Translations under genes and position numbers: made by a program
In this document: in pieces, positions 25,887 to 35,115 of the stretch
How the letters are laid out: every line of letters starts with the position of its first letter
How positions within the stretch are numbered: position 1 is the first letter of the stretch
Notes under the pieces: generated by a model
What the model was told of the DNA's origin: nothing
Database searches by the model: none
What the model saw: only the letters and a program-made list of their open reading frames with translations
Source of the DNA: Anaerolineae bacterium
GTDB lineage: Bacteria; Chloroflexota; Anaerolineae; S140-20
Assembly (NCBI GenBank): GCA_027021705.1
Contig: JALUTT010000170.1
Coordinates: forward strand, 2,429-66,428
DNA: 64,000 nucleotides
Reading direction: 5' to 3'

Positions 25887-27881
25887 CTAAACCTGTTGGG
25901 GTGCGATGGTCAGGCGCGGCATCACCATCCGTCGCTCCGCCTCAAAATCGGGCCAGCCGGCCACCAAAGTCCCTACCACGAAGATCAGCCCTCCTAGCCA
26001 CAGCCAGTTCACCAACGGGTTGATGTAGACGCGGAAGGTGGCTGTCGCTCCACCACTTTCCCAACCTGTCAGGAGCACGTAGACATCTTCGGCCATCGTG
26101 CTGCGCAAGGCCGGGATCGTCATCGTCTGCTGGGTGTTCTGATAGAACTCCCGCTTGGGGTGGACGGTCTTGAGCAGTTGGTCACCCTGGTAGATCTCCA
26201 CCGTGGCTTCGGTGACTATCAAGTCTCCGGGGCCTGGGTAGGTACGTAGCGTCCGATAGACGGTTCGGAAACCGCCGATCTCCAGCGATTCCCCAGGCCG
26301 CAAGGTCCCCTCGGTATCCTGCTGGAAGAACTCGGTGCCGATGATGCCCAGGGCCATGCAGACGACACCCAGGTGGACGATGTAGCCGCCGTAGCGCCGC
26401 CGATTCCGCCCGGCCAGCCGCCAAAAGGCCACCAGCCAAGGCTCCCCTCGGGCACGGCGCCGGGCGATCACGCCTCGGACGTACTCCCACAGGGTAGTGA
26501 CGCCCACGAAGGTCACGAGGAGGAAGCCCAGCAGTGCCCCCCAGGAGTGCACTCCCCGCAGGAAGAGGCCGATGACAACGACCACGGCGATCAGGAAGGG
26601 CCACCATAAGCTGCGTCCCAGCCGCTGGGCGGCCGTCTTCCGCCAGGCCATCAGCGGGGCGATGCCCATCAGGGCCAACAGCAGGGCGAACTGGGGTGCA
26701 GTCACTCGGTCGAACCATGGGGGACCGACGGTGATCTTCTCGCCCGTCACCAACTCAGAAACCATCGGCGAGATGGTGCCGATGAAGACCGAGAAGGTCA
26801 GGGTTATGAAGAGCATATTGTTGAGCAAAAAGGCCGCTTCCCGCGAGAGCAGGGCGTCCAGCCGGTTCTCCGACTTCAGATCGTCCAACCGCCGCAGCAA
26901 CGTGGCCACCGAGGCCACAGCCGTCACGGCGATGAAGGAGAAGAAGAGGGGGCCAACGGCTGACTGGGCAAAGGAGTGCACGGACGAGATAACGCCGCTA
27001 CGGGTGATGAAGGTGCCGAAGATCACCAATCCGTAGGTGAGAATGATCAACACCATATTCCAGACCTTCAGCATGCCCCGCTTCTCCTGAATCATCACCG
27101 AGTGCAAGAAGGCGGTGCCGGTCAGCCAGGGCATGAAGGCCGCGTTCTCCACCGGGTCCCAGGCCCAATAACCTCCCCAACCCAGCACGTCGTAGGCCCA
27201 TCGCCCGCCCAGCAGCAACCCCAAACTGAGGAAGAGCCAGGCTGCCAGCGTCCAGCGGCGGGTCACCCGGATCCAGTGGGGATCCGTGCGGCGGGTGACC
27301 AGGGCGGCCATAGCGAAGGCATAGGGGATGACGAACCCCACATAGCCTAGATAGAGCGTCGGCGGGTGAGCGACCATTCCCGGATGGCGCAGCAGCGGGT
27401 TCAGCCCTTGACCATCGGGAGGGATGAAGGAGAGCTTTTCGAAGGGGTTGGCCACAAAGGTGGTCAGGCCGACGAAGAAGACCAGGGTGCCTGCGGTCAC
27501 GAAGATGACGTGGGGCAGCAGCTCCCGGTCCTCATCCCACCGCCGAAGCATCACGATGAAGGTGAAGGAAGCCATCAGGAAGGACCAGAAGAGCAGCGAT
27601 CCGTTCTGCCCTCCCCACAAGGCGGTCACCTTCAGGAAGAGGGGCATATCCCGGCTGGAAGTGGTGGCGACGTATTTGAGCTGGAAGTCTCCCACCACCA
27701 GCGCGTAGATGAGAGTGAGGGAAGAGAGGCCGAGGAGGGGGGCCAAGGTCATCGTAGCGTGCCGGGCGCTGTTGACCCACCGCTCCTCTCCCTTGAAGAA
27801 GCCGTACAGGGAAGCGATGGTGGCGTAGACGGCCCCCACCAGAGCCGTCACCATCGCGAGGTAGCCTACGTCAGGAATCAT
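25887..27881 (-). CDS. ccmF: cytochrome c-type biogenesis haem lyase CcmF
   Basis: 664 aa polytopic protein. WWD domain GWGGYWAWDPVENAAFMPWL. Confidence 0.85.
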   Translation of the reverse strand: MIPDVGYLAMVTALVGAVYATIASLYGFFKGEERWVNSARHATMTLAPLLGLSSLTLIYALVVGDFQLKYVATTSSRDMPLFLKVTALWGGQNGSLLFWSFLMASFTFIVMLRRWDEDRELLPHVIFVTAGTLVFFVGLTTFVANPFEKLSFIPPDGQGLNPLLRHPGMVAHPPTLYLGYVGFVIPYAFAMAALVTRRTDPHWIRVTRRWTLAAWLFLSLGLLLGGRWAYDVLGWGGYWAWDPVENAAFMPWLTGTAFLHSVMIQEKRGMLKVWNMVLIILTYGLVIFGTFITRSGVISSVHSFAQSAVGPLFFSFIAVTAVASVATLLRRLDDLKSENRLDALLSREAAFLLNNMLFITLTFSVFIGTISPMVSELVTGEKITVGPPWFDRVTAPQFALLLALMGIAPLMAWRKTAAQRLGRSLWWPFLIAVVVVIGLFLRGVHSWGALLGFLLVTFVGVTTLWEYVRGVIARRRARGEPWLVAFWRLAGRNRRRYGGYIVHLGVVCMALGIIGTEFFQQDTEGTLRPGESLEIGGFRTVYRTLRTYPGPGDLIVTEATVEIYQGDQLLKTVHPKREFYQNTQQTMTIPALRSTMAEDVYVLLTGWESGGATATFRVYINPLVNWLWLGGLIFVVGTLVAGWPDFEAERRMVMPRLTIAPQQV

Positions 27882-27926
27882 TGGATCCTTCTCCTTAAGA
27901 TGTTGTCCCCCACAGCCTTCCCCGTC

Positions 27927-28451
27927 CTACCCTTTACTCTGGGAAGGTATATCTTCTTCGTAACGGGTCGGGCACTTCAGGAGCAGTTCGTCGGCGTAGA
28001 AGATCCCGTCTTCGCCGAGCTTGCCGGTGACGATCGCCTGGGCCTCGTGTTGCATCAAGTCCGGCTTGGGACCGTGATAGCGGACGGTGAGCCGAGGGAC
28101 CTGAGGATCGCTGACTGCCTGGCGGAGGACAACGGCCAACCCACCGGCGGCTTCGATCTCCTTGTTGGAACCCGGGACGTGCGCGATGGTGAACTCCAGA
28201 TCCAGGTTCTGGGCATCGTACACGATGGTGTCCCCGATGACCGCACCGGAGACGCGCACCTGGCGGCCCTGAAGCTCATCACGCCGGGCCAGGAGTTCTT
28301 CGACGGTGAGGAAGTACTCGGCGTGGGCCCCGAAGCTGCTGACGATGAGGTAGGCCACCGCTGCTAGGATGATCAGACCACCCACGTAGAATTTGGCCCG
28401 GGATCTGCCGGCGGTCTGGAGTTCAGTCTTGGGCACAGTCGCTTCCTGCAT
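27927..28451 (-). CDS. ccmE: haem chaperone CcmE, variant with CxxxY haem-binding motif
   Basis: N-terminal TM anchor plus an OB-fold core (VRVSGAV.GDTIVYD). The C-terminal KCPTRY replaces the canonical HxxxY. Confidence 0.7.
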   Translation of the reverse strand: MQEATVPKTELQTAGRSRAKFYVGGLIILAAVAYLIVSSFGAHAEYFLTVEELLARRDELQGRQVRVSGAVIGDTIVYDAQNLDLEFTIAHVPGSNKEIEAAGGLAVVLRQAVSDPQVPRLTVRYHGPKPDLMQHEAQAIVTGKLGEDGIFYADELLLKCPTRYEEDIPSQSKG

Positions 28452-28571
28452 TGAGATCCTCCCACAGTCACTGGAGCAAAGCGTGATCCTTCACGCCTTT
28501 ACGCTTCACGGGTTACCTCGACACGGTTCCTTTGCCCGCGTAGACCTCCGAGGTCCGCCAGAGGTCCGAGT

Positions 28572-29576
28572 CTATGACACCCGCTGGTCCAGGGGCTTGG
28601 CCCGGGTGCCACAACGGGGGCAGAAACGGTCTTCCACGGCGAGAGGCGTGCCGCACTGGTGGCAGAAGCCTCCACCTTGGTCCGAGACGGAGGTCCTCGG
28701 AAGGGCCGGCGCTTTGCGCCGACGTCCTCGCGAGCTCCGTCGTGGCCTCGGAGGTGGGGATGGTGCTGCTGTTGCCATTGTGCGCTGGGTCCACACCCAC
28801 CAGATGCCCCCGACGACGATGAGGATCACGGCGACCCCGATCAGGGCTGCGCCCAGGATGGATCGGACGGAGATGCGCTGAGAGGAGGGGGTGGAAGAGG
28901 ATGGCCCGGCCACCGGCTCACTCTGCACAGGCGGCGGCATCGCTGAGATGGTGAGGCGATCGTCGGGCTTTTGGTAGGCCACGGTGACCTGGAGGGTCTC
29001 ATCGGCCTGCAGGCTCCCAACCTGCCACCGATGGATGGTGACTCCTTCAGGCCCCGGCGCGGCTTCGGGAAAGGGAGGGGTCAGCGTGACATTCGTCGCG
29101 GAGAGGGGCTCCTTGAAGACGAGGACCATCTCCTGGATCGGGTAGTCACCCGGCCAGGTGAAGGTGTAGCGGCGCTCGTCGCCCTGGCGTTCCAGGGGTG
29201 CATAGTACTCGACTTGGAAGGCGGGCTGATCCATCGTAGCGCGGATGAGGAGCCAATCCCCTACCGGTTCGGTTTCGTAAGGTGCGTTGAGGAGCTCTCC
29301 GCGCTCGTTGGCCACGGCCACCGCTGTCGGCCCCCCCGCATCCGCGGGGATCCGCAGTTCCACTGTAATGGGCAGCGTCACCTCGTCCGCCAGTCGGCCC
29401 CGGTAGATGACCAGCATCGAGGACCGATCGTATTCCGGCCACAGCTCAACGATCAGCGAAACCAGGGAGACCGATGGCAACTGCGCCCACGCTAGGGCGG
29501 CTTGGGGGATCAGCATACCCCCGATGAGCAGGAGCGTCAAGATCACGGTCTGTCGTCGCATCACGGACCCGTTCAA
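28572..29576 (-). CDS. signal-peptide / single-TM protein with extracytoplasmic domain and cytoplasmic C-terminal zinc-ribbon
   Basis: N-terminal signal. TM LGAALIGVAVILIVVGGIWWVW near the C-terminus. CHQCGTPL..FCPRCGT ribbon. Confidence 0.45.
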   Translation of the reverse strand: MNGSVMRRQTVILTLLLIGGMLIPQAALAWAQLPSVSLVSLIVELWPEYDRSSMLVIYRGRLADEVTLPITVELRIPADAGGPTAVAVANERGELLNAPYETEPVGDWLLIRATMDQPAFQVEYYAPLERQGDERRYTFTWPGDYPIQEMVLVFKEPLSATNVTLTPPFPEAAPGPEGVTIHRWQVGSLQADETLQVTVAYQKPDDRLTISAMPPPVQSEPVAGPSSSTPSSQRISVRSILGAALIGVAVILIVVGGIWWVWTQRTMATAAPSPPPRPRRSSRGRRRKAPALPRTSVSDQGGGFCHQCGTPLAVEDRFCPRCGTRAKPLDQRVS

Positions 29577-29824
29577 CGTTGAGGGGCCGGCTGGGTGGGG
29601 GATTCATACCACCTAAATTGGCCAATCTGGACCGGCTCCGTTATGTTGGACCTGATTATACCACACAACAGGGAGGGCTTCAACCCGCCATTGTGCGGAT
29701 TTTCTCTTACTCGAAAGGGTAGAAGGTGGTAAGGGAGGGCGGTGTGTGGTACAATATCGGGGACGTCGTTCCGGCGCGAGCGGACCTGCGGCCTTCTGGC
29801 CTATCTGCCGTCGGTCGTATCTAT

Positions 29825-29935
29825 TCAGCCTACCCTCCCGCAGGTCACCGGTCGAGGGCACTTTCAGCCCCGATGGGCTATTTGAAGCACGGTTTCGCGT
29901 CGGAAACGCGCCTAGCCTGCGGGAGGGTGACAGTT
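29825..29935. repeat. copy 2 of MITE/REP-like element (same orientation as copy 1), in the metG leader
   Basis: Direct sequence identity with copy 1 except for a few substitutions. Confidence 0.85.
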
Positions 29936-29986
29936 AGTCGGTCTGGCTGCCGTCGGTTTGTCTGCTGCTCACAAGGGGAGGAGAAG

Positions 29987-31768
29987 ATGGCGCGCAACAT
30001 CCTGGTGGCCGTTGCCTGGCCTTACGCTTCCGCCAACATCCACGTGGGAAACCTGGGGGGCGCTTACCTGCCGGCCGACATCTACGCCCGCTACCACCGA
30101 CTGGCCGGCGACCGGGTCCTGATGGTCTCCGGCTCCGACAGCCACGGCACCCCCATCACCGTGGCCGCCGACCGGGAGGGCGTGCACCCCCGCGATCTCT
30201 TCGAGCGCTACCACCGCCACTTCCTGGACCTCTTCGTGGCGATGGGGTTGAGCTACGACCTCTTCACCCACACCGACACGGAGAACCACCACCGGGTGGC
30301 CCAGGACATCTTCCTGCGGCTGCACGAGAACGGCTTCCTCCTGCGCAAGCGGGAGAAACAGCTCTATTCCACCACCGAGGGCCGCTTCCTGCCCGACCGC
30401 TACGTGGAGGGCACCTGCCCCTTCTGCGGCTACGAGCACGCCCGGGGCGACCAGTGCGAGCACTGCGGTCGGCTGATGGACCCCCTGGAGCTGATCAACC
30501 CCCGCAGCCGCATTGACGGCAGCACCCCCATCGTGCGGGAGACAGAGCACTTCTACCTCAATCTGCCCGCCTTCAGCGAGGCCCTCAAAGCCTGGCTCCA
30601 GGCCGGCAAGGCCCACTGGCGGCCCCAGGTCCTCAACTTCGCCCGCAACATGGTCGAGCAGGGGCTCCAGCCCCGCCCCATCACCCGCGATCTGGACTGG
30701 GGCATCCCGGTTCCCCTCCCCGGCTGGGAGGGCAAGTGCCTCTACGTTTGGTTCGAGGCGGTGATCGGCTACCTCTCCGCCTCCATCGAGTGGGCTCAAC
30801 ACCGGGGGACGCCCGAGGTCTGGAAGGATTGGTGGTACGACCCCGAGGCCCGCACCACCTACTTCATCGGCAAGGACAACATCGTCTTCCACGCCGTCAT
30901 CTGGCCGGCCCAACTGATGGGCACCGTCCGCCTCTACGAGGATGACCCCGACCGGCGTCTCAACCTCCCCTGGCACGTCCCGGCCAACGAGTTCGTCACC
31001 CTGGAGGGGCGGAAGATCTCCGGCAGCCGCAACTGGGCCATCTGGGTGGACGATTACCTGACCCGCTACGACCCCGACCCGCTGCGCTACTACCTGACGG
31101 CCAACGCGCCGGAGACGCGGGACACCGACTTCTCCTGGGCCGACTTCCTGCGCCGCAACAACGACGAACTGGTCGCCACCTGGGGCAACCTGGTCCACCG
31201 CACCCTCAACTTCGCCTACCGGAACTTCGAGGGGCGGATCCCCATCCCCGGCTTGATGGACCAGCGGGACGTGGAGCTGCTGGCGACCATAGACGTCGCC
31301 TTCAAGCCCATCGGCCGGCTCATCGAGGTCGCCCAGTTCAAGGCCGCCCTGAGCGAGGTGATGGCTCTGGCCCGCCAGGTCAACGCCTACTTGGACGAGA
31401 AGAGCCCCTGGTTCCAGATCAAGGAGGACCGGCAGGCGGCCGGCACGACCATCTACGTGGCATTGCGGGCCATTGATTCCCTCAAGGTCCTCTTCTCTCC
31501 CTTCCTCCCCTTCTCCAGCCAGCGGCTCCACGAGATGCTGGGTTATGAGGGGACCATCATCGGCGAGCAGCGGATCGAACTCTACCGGGAGCGGGAGCGG
31601 ACCCACCTGGCCCTGACCTACGACGGCAGCCGGTTGGCGGCGTCGTGGAAGGCCAGCGAACTGCCGGCCGGTCAGCCCCTGGCCAAGCCCAAGCCCCTCT
31701 TCAAGAAGCTGGACGAGTCCATCGTTGAGGAAGAGTTGGCCCGGCTGCGAGCCGGAAGTGCTGGGTAG
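29987..31768 (+). CDS. metG: methionyl-tRNA synthetase
   Basis: Class I aaRS HIGH-like motif (ANIHVGN). CPFCGY..CEHCG zinc knuckles. Anticodon-binding helical C-terminus. Good RBS ggggaggag upstream of the ATG at 29987. Confidence 0.85.
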   Translation: MARNILVAVAWPYASANIHVGNLGGAYLPADIYARYHRLAGDRVLMVSGSDSHGTPITVAADREGVHPRDLFERYHRHFLDLFVAMGLSYDLFTHTDTENHHRVAQDIFLRLHENGFLLRKREKQLYSTTEGRFLPDRYVEGTCPFCGYEHARGDQCEHCGRLMDPLELINPRSRIDGSTPIVRETEHFYLNLPAFSEALKAWLQAGKAHWRPQVLNFARNMVEQGLQPRPITRDLDWGIPVPLPGWEGKCLYVWFEAVIGYLSASIEWAQHRGTPEVWKDWWYDPEARTTYFIGKDNIVFHAVIWPAQLMGTVRLYEDDPDRRLNLPWHVPANEFVTLEGRKISGSRNWAIWVDDYLTRYDPDPLRYYLTANAPETRDTDFSWADFLRRNNDELVATWGNLVHRTLNFAYRNFEGRIPIPGLMDQRDVELLATIDVAFKPIGRLIEVAQFKAALSEVMALARQVNAYLDEKSPWFQIKEDRQAAGTTIYVALRAIDSLKVLFSPFLPFSSQRLHEMLGYEGTIIGEQRIELYRERERTHLALTYDGSRLAASWKASELPAGQPLAKPKPLFKKLDESIVEEELARLRAGSAG

Positions 31769-31780
31769 TCGCTTGGTCAC

Positions 31781-31930
31781 TCGGTCGGGTGGTCGAGTGG
31801 TCGGATGGTCGGGTGGTCCTCAGTCCTTGGTCCTTAGTCCTCGGCCCGCCGCCAGGCCGCTAGGCCGCTAGGCGCTAGGCCGCCAGGTCGCTTGGTCGTA
31901 TGCAGTCTCCACTCCTCAGTCCTCGGTCCT
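31781..31930. repeat. low-complexity intergenic region of short degenerate direct repeats (ggtcg / gtcctcggtcct / aggccgctaggc)
   Basis: Visible as tcgggtggtcgagtggtcggatggtcgggtggtcc and gccaggccgctaggccgctaggcgctaggccgccagg. Confidence 0.7.
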
Positions 31931-33399
31931 CGGTGCCTGATGCCCATCGCGCGGTTGGCGGTCGGTGGCCCGGTGGGGTGCTGCTCCTGATCCTCCTGGC
32001 CTACCTGGTCATCGGCTTCCTCTACGCGGCCAAGACGCCCGCCTGGCAGGTTCCCGACGAGCCGGCCCACTACAACTACATCCGCCACCTGGCGGAGACG
32101 GGCCGCTTCCCCGTCCTGGAGATGGGGGACTACGACCAGGACTACCTGGCCCGCCTCGCCGCCGAGCGCTTCCCCCCGGACCTCCCCATCGAGCCCCTGG
32201 AGTACGAGGACCATCAGCCGCCCCTCTACTACCTCCTGGCCGCGCCCCTCTACCGGCTGGCGGGGGGCAGGCTGCTCCCCTTGCGCCTCCTCTCCCTGCT
32301 GCTGGGGGCCGGCCTGATTCCCCTGGCCTACGCCGTCGCCCACACCCTCTACCCCCACCGCCCGGCCATCGCCCTGGGGACGGCAGCCTTCGTCGCCTTC
32401 CTGCCCCAGCACGTGGCGATGATGGCCGGCGTCAACAACGACGCTCTGGCCGAACTGCTCCTGGCTGCCATCCTCTGGCTGGCCCTGCGGGAGCGGCGGG
32501 GGGAGGGCCGGGGCCGGGGGGAGCGGCTGGGGCTGGGGCTGCTGCTGGGGCTAGGGCTGCTCACCAAGACGACCGTCTACGTTGCCCTGCCCGTCGTCCT
32601 GGCCGCCCTGGCCCTGCGCCGGTGGGGGGATCGCCGGGGGCTGGGGAGGGCGGCGTTCCTGGTGCTGGGGCCGGCCTTCCTGCTGGCCTTCCCCTGGTGG
32701 CTGCGCAACGTCGCCCTCTACGGATGGCCCGACTTCCTGGGGCTGATCCGGCACGACGCCGTCGTCGTCGGTCAGCCCCGCACGGCCGCTTGGATCGCCG
32801 GCCACGGCTTCGGAGGCTGGCTGAGGCGGGGTCTGCTCTTCACCTTCCAGAGCTTCTGGGGGCAGTTCGGCTGGATGGGGGTGGTGATGGACGCCCGGCT
32901 CTATCAGGGGCTGGTCCTCTTCTCGGCGCTGGCCGCCCTGGGGTGGGGGCTGGCGGTCCTGGAGGCGAGGGGCCGGCGACCGACCGCCGGGCCGGGAGGG
33001 GGTGGGCTGCTTGCCTTCGCCGCCGGGCTGACGCTGCTGAGCTACCTGGGGTACAACCTCACCTTCGTCCAGCACCAGGGCCGTTACCTCTTCCCGGCCC
33101 TGGTGCCCATCGCTCTGGCGGTAGCGCTGGGGTGGGAGCGGCTGCTGGAGCCACCGACGGCCCGGCGGGTGGCCGGGGGGCTGGTCCTCCTGCTGTTTCT
33201 GCTGGCCGGCGCGGGCCTCCTGCGGGGGGACCTGCCCCTCTGGCCGATGGGCTGGGTAGGGCTGGCCGCCGTCGGCCTGGGAGGGCTCTCCCTGGCCCCG
33301 GCGGGGCTGCGCCGCCTGACCTTCGCCCTCCCCTACCTCGCCCTCGCCCTCCTCGACCTCTACGCCCTCTTCCGCTTCATCCTGCCGGCGCTGGGCTAG
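31900..33399 (+). CDS. GT-C fold glycosyltransferase-like polytopic membrane protein (ArnT/PMT, family 39/83-like)
   Basis: About 12 predicted TM segments. The first-loop PDEPAHYNY motif resembles the DE catalytic motif of GT-C enzymes. Confidence 0.5.
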   Translation: MQSPLLSPRSSVPDAHRAVGGRWPGGVLLLILLAYLVIGFLYAAKTPAWQVPDEPAHYNYIRHLAETGRFPVLEMGDYDQDYLARLAAERFPPDLPIEPLEYEDHQPPLYYLLAAPLYRLAGGRLLPLRLLSLLLGAGLIPLAYAVAHTLYPHRPAIALGTAAFVAFLPQHVAMMAGVNNDALAELLLAAILWLALRERRGEGRGRGERLGLGLLLGLGLLTKTTVYVALPVVLAALALRRWGDRRGLGRAAFLVLGPAFLLAFPWWLRNVALYGWPDFLGLIRHDAVVVGQPRTAAWIAGHGFGGWLRRGLLFTFQSFWGQFGWMGVVMDARLYQGLVLFSALAALGWGLAVLEARGRRPTAGPGGGGLLAFAAGLTLLSYLGYNLTFVQHQGRYLFPALVPIALAVALGWERLLEPPTARRVAGGLVLLLFLLAGAGLLRGDLPLWPMGWVGLAAVGLGGLSLAPAGLRRLTFALPYLALALLDLYALFRFILPALG

Positions 33400-33496
33400 G
33401 TCCTGCTACCCCTGAATCCCTGAAGCCCCTGAGGATTTGATGAAGGCACTGACGGCCCGGCCGCCCCATCCCAGTGCCCTCAGTCCTTTCAGTTGA

Positions 33497-33664
33497 TTCG
33501 TTTATTCGTTCCCCCATTCGTTGGCTCATCGGTCAACGAATTGCCAACGAATAAACGAATGTGGTCCGACGAATGCGGTCCGTGGCACCCGTTGACTCGT
33601 TGACTCGTTGACTCGCTGACTCGCTGACTCGCTGATTCGTTGATTCGTTCCCCCATTCGTTGAC
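33497..33664. repeat. intergenic composite repeat: 14-bp perfect palindrome arms (ttcgtttattcgtt / aacgaataaacgaa), 8-bp tandem array (gttgactc/gctgactc/gttgattc x7) and a duplicated 19-mer
   Basis: Read directly. Arms at 33497-33510 and 33546-33559. Tandem array at 33591-33649. ttcgttcccccattcgttg occurs at about 33503 and again at about 33645. Confidence 0.8.
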
Positions 33665-33690
33665 CGACTGAGTCGAGGCGCAAGGGAAGG

Positions 33691-35103
33691 TCAGTAAGCG
33701 TTCCGATCCGTAAAGAGCTGAAACAGCGTGCGGACGATGATCTTGAAGTCCAGCCACAAGGACCAGTTCTCGATGTACCAGAGGTCGTATTTGGTCCGCT
33801 CGGCGATGGAGGTGTCCCCCCGCAGCCCGTTGACCTGGGCCCAGCCGGTGAGCCCCGCCTTCTCCCGGTGGCGCTCCATGTAGCGGGGGATGCTGCGCCG
33901 GAACTGGTTGACGTAGACGGGCCGCTCGGGCCGGGGGCCGACCAGGCTCATGTCGCCCAGGAGGACGTTGATCAACTGGGGAAGCTCGTCAATGGACAGC
34001 CGGCGCAGGATGCGCCCCAGCCGCGTGACCCGGGGATCCCCCGGCCGCGTCCAGCCGGGGCCGTCCGCCTCGGCGTCGGCCCGCATCGAGCGGAACTTCA
34101 GCATCATAAAGGGCCGGGCGTCCAGCCCCATCCGCTCCTGGGCGTAGAAGACCGGGCCGGGGGAGTCCAGCTTGATCAGGATGGCCGTCAGCAACATCAG
34201 CGGCGAGAGGAGGACCAGCGCCACGGCGCTGCCCACGATGTCCACCGCCCGCTTGACGGCCAGCCGCCAGCCCCGCAGGGCCACGTCCCGCACGGTGATC
34301 AGGGGCAGCCCCCCCAGGTCGCCGATGGAGACCTGGCTGGCCATGATCTGGAAGAGGTCGGGGAAGACCTTGATGCTGACGGAGCCCCGGTCGCACTGGG
34401 AGAGGAGCATCAGCAGCTCCTGGTGGGTGGCCTCGGGCAGGGCGATGATCACCTCGTTGACGTCGTACTGCTCGATCAACTCGCCCAGCCGGTCGGCGGT
34501 GCCCACCACCGGTGCGCCCACGATCTGGTTCTCCGCCCCGTTGGTGGCGACAACTCCCACCACCTCGTAGCCCAACTGGGGGGACCACCGGATCTTCTGG
34601 AGGATCATCCGGCCCACCTCCCCCGTGCCCACGATAAGCACCCGGTCAGTCCCCCATCCCTGGGCCTGGAAGTGGGCCTTGACCTTGTGGTGGACCAGCC
34701 GCCCCCCGGTCACCAGGACGATGGTCAGCAACCAGGCGTAGAGGATCATCGCCCGCGAGTAGTCCAGCTCCAGGACGCTGTTCTTGAAGACGAAGCTGGT
34801 GATGGCGACCGAGAGGAGGGTGCCGACGGAGACGCCGCCGAAGATCTGGTAGAACTCGTCAATGCGGGAGACGGCCCGGGCCAGGTGGTAGAGGCGGGTG
34901 GCGAAGAAGACGACCAGGATGGTGATCACTTGGATCACCATCATCCCCACGTAGTTGGAGAAGGGGCCGAGGTTGACCGCCTTGCTGGGCCAGTCAATCC
35001 AGAGCCGGAGCCAGTAGGCCAGGTAGAAGGCCAGGGCGGTCATTCCCGCGTCCAGCAGCACCTGGAGGATGGTGAAGAAGGCCCGAACCCGTCGCTTGCT
35101 CAT
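33691..35103 (-). CDS. undecaprenyl-phosphate sugar phosphotransferase (WbaP/exopolysaccharide priming glycosyltransferase family)
   Basis: C-terminal bacterial sugar transferase motif DELPQLINVLLGDMSLVGPRPERP. N-terminal TM segments and a central Rossmann-like domain. Confidence 0.85.
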   Translation of the reverse strand: MSKRRVRAFFTILQVLLDAGMTALAFYLAYWLRLWIDWPSKAVNLGPFSNYVGMMVIQVITILVVFFATRLYHLARAVSRIDEFYQIFGGVSVGTLLSVAITSFVFKNSVLELDYSRAMILYAWLLTIVLVTGGRLVHHKVKAHFQAQGWGTDRVLIVGTGEVGRMILQKIRWSPQLGYEVVGVVATNGAENQIVGAPVVGTADRLGELIEQYDVNEVIIALPEATHQELLMLLSQCDRGSVSIKVFPDLFQIMASQVSIGDLGGLPLITVRDVALRGWRLAVKRAVDIVGSAVALVLLSPLMLLTAILIKLDSPGPVFYAQERMGLDARPFMMLKFRSMRADAEADGPGWTRPGDPRVTRLGRILRRLSIDELPQLINVLLGDMSLVGPRPERPVYVNQFRRSIPRYMERHREKAGLTGWAQVNGLRGDTSIAERTKYDLWYIENWSLWLDFKIIVRTLFQLFTDRNAY

Positions 35104-35115
35104 CTTCCTCCTCCT

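Noticed and set aside
29726-29986. Possibility that the conserved element upstream of metG is a T-box or other aaRS leader riboswitch
   Set aside because: The same element occurs in three unrelated contexts and in both orientations. It is too short for a T-box, at about 120 nt, and lacks a specifier/antiterminator arrangement. A repeat element is the better explanation.
29969-31780. 603-aa ORF antisense to metG
   Set aside because: Shadow ORF. metG on the plus strand has the aaRS motifs and zinc knuckles.
31965-33440. 491-aa ORF in an alternative frame overlapping the GT-C membrane protein gene
   Set aside because: Composition (Pro/Arg/Gly/Ala-rich with no motifs) is typical of a high-GC shadow frame. 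The 31900-33399 frame gives a coherent polytopic membrane protein.
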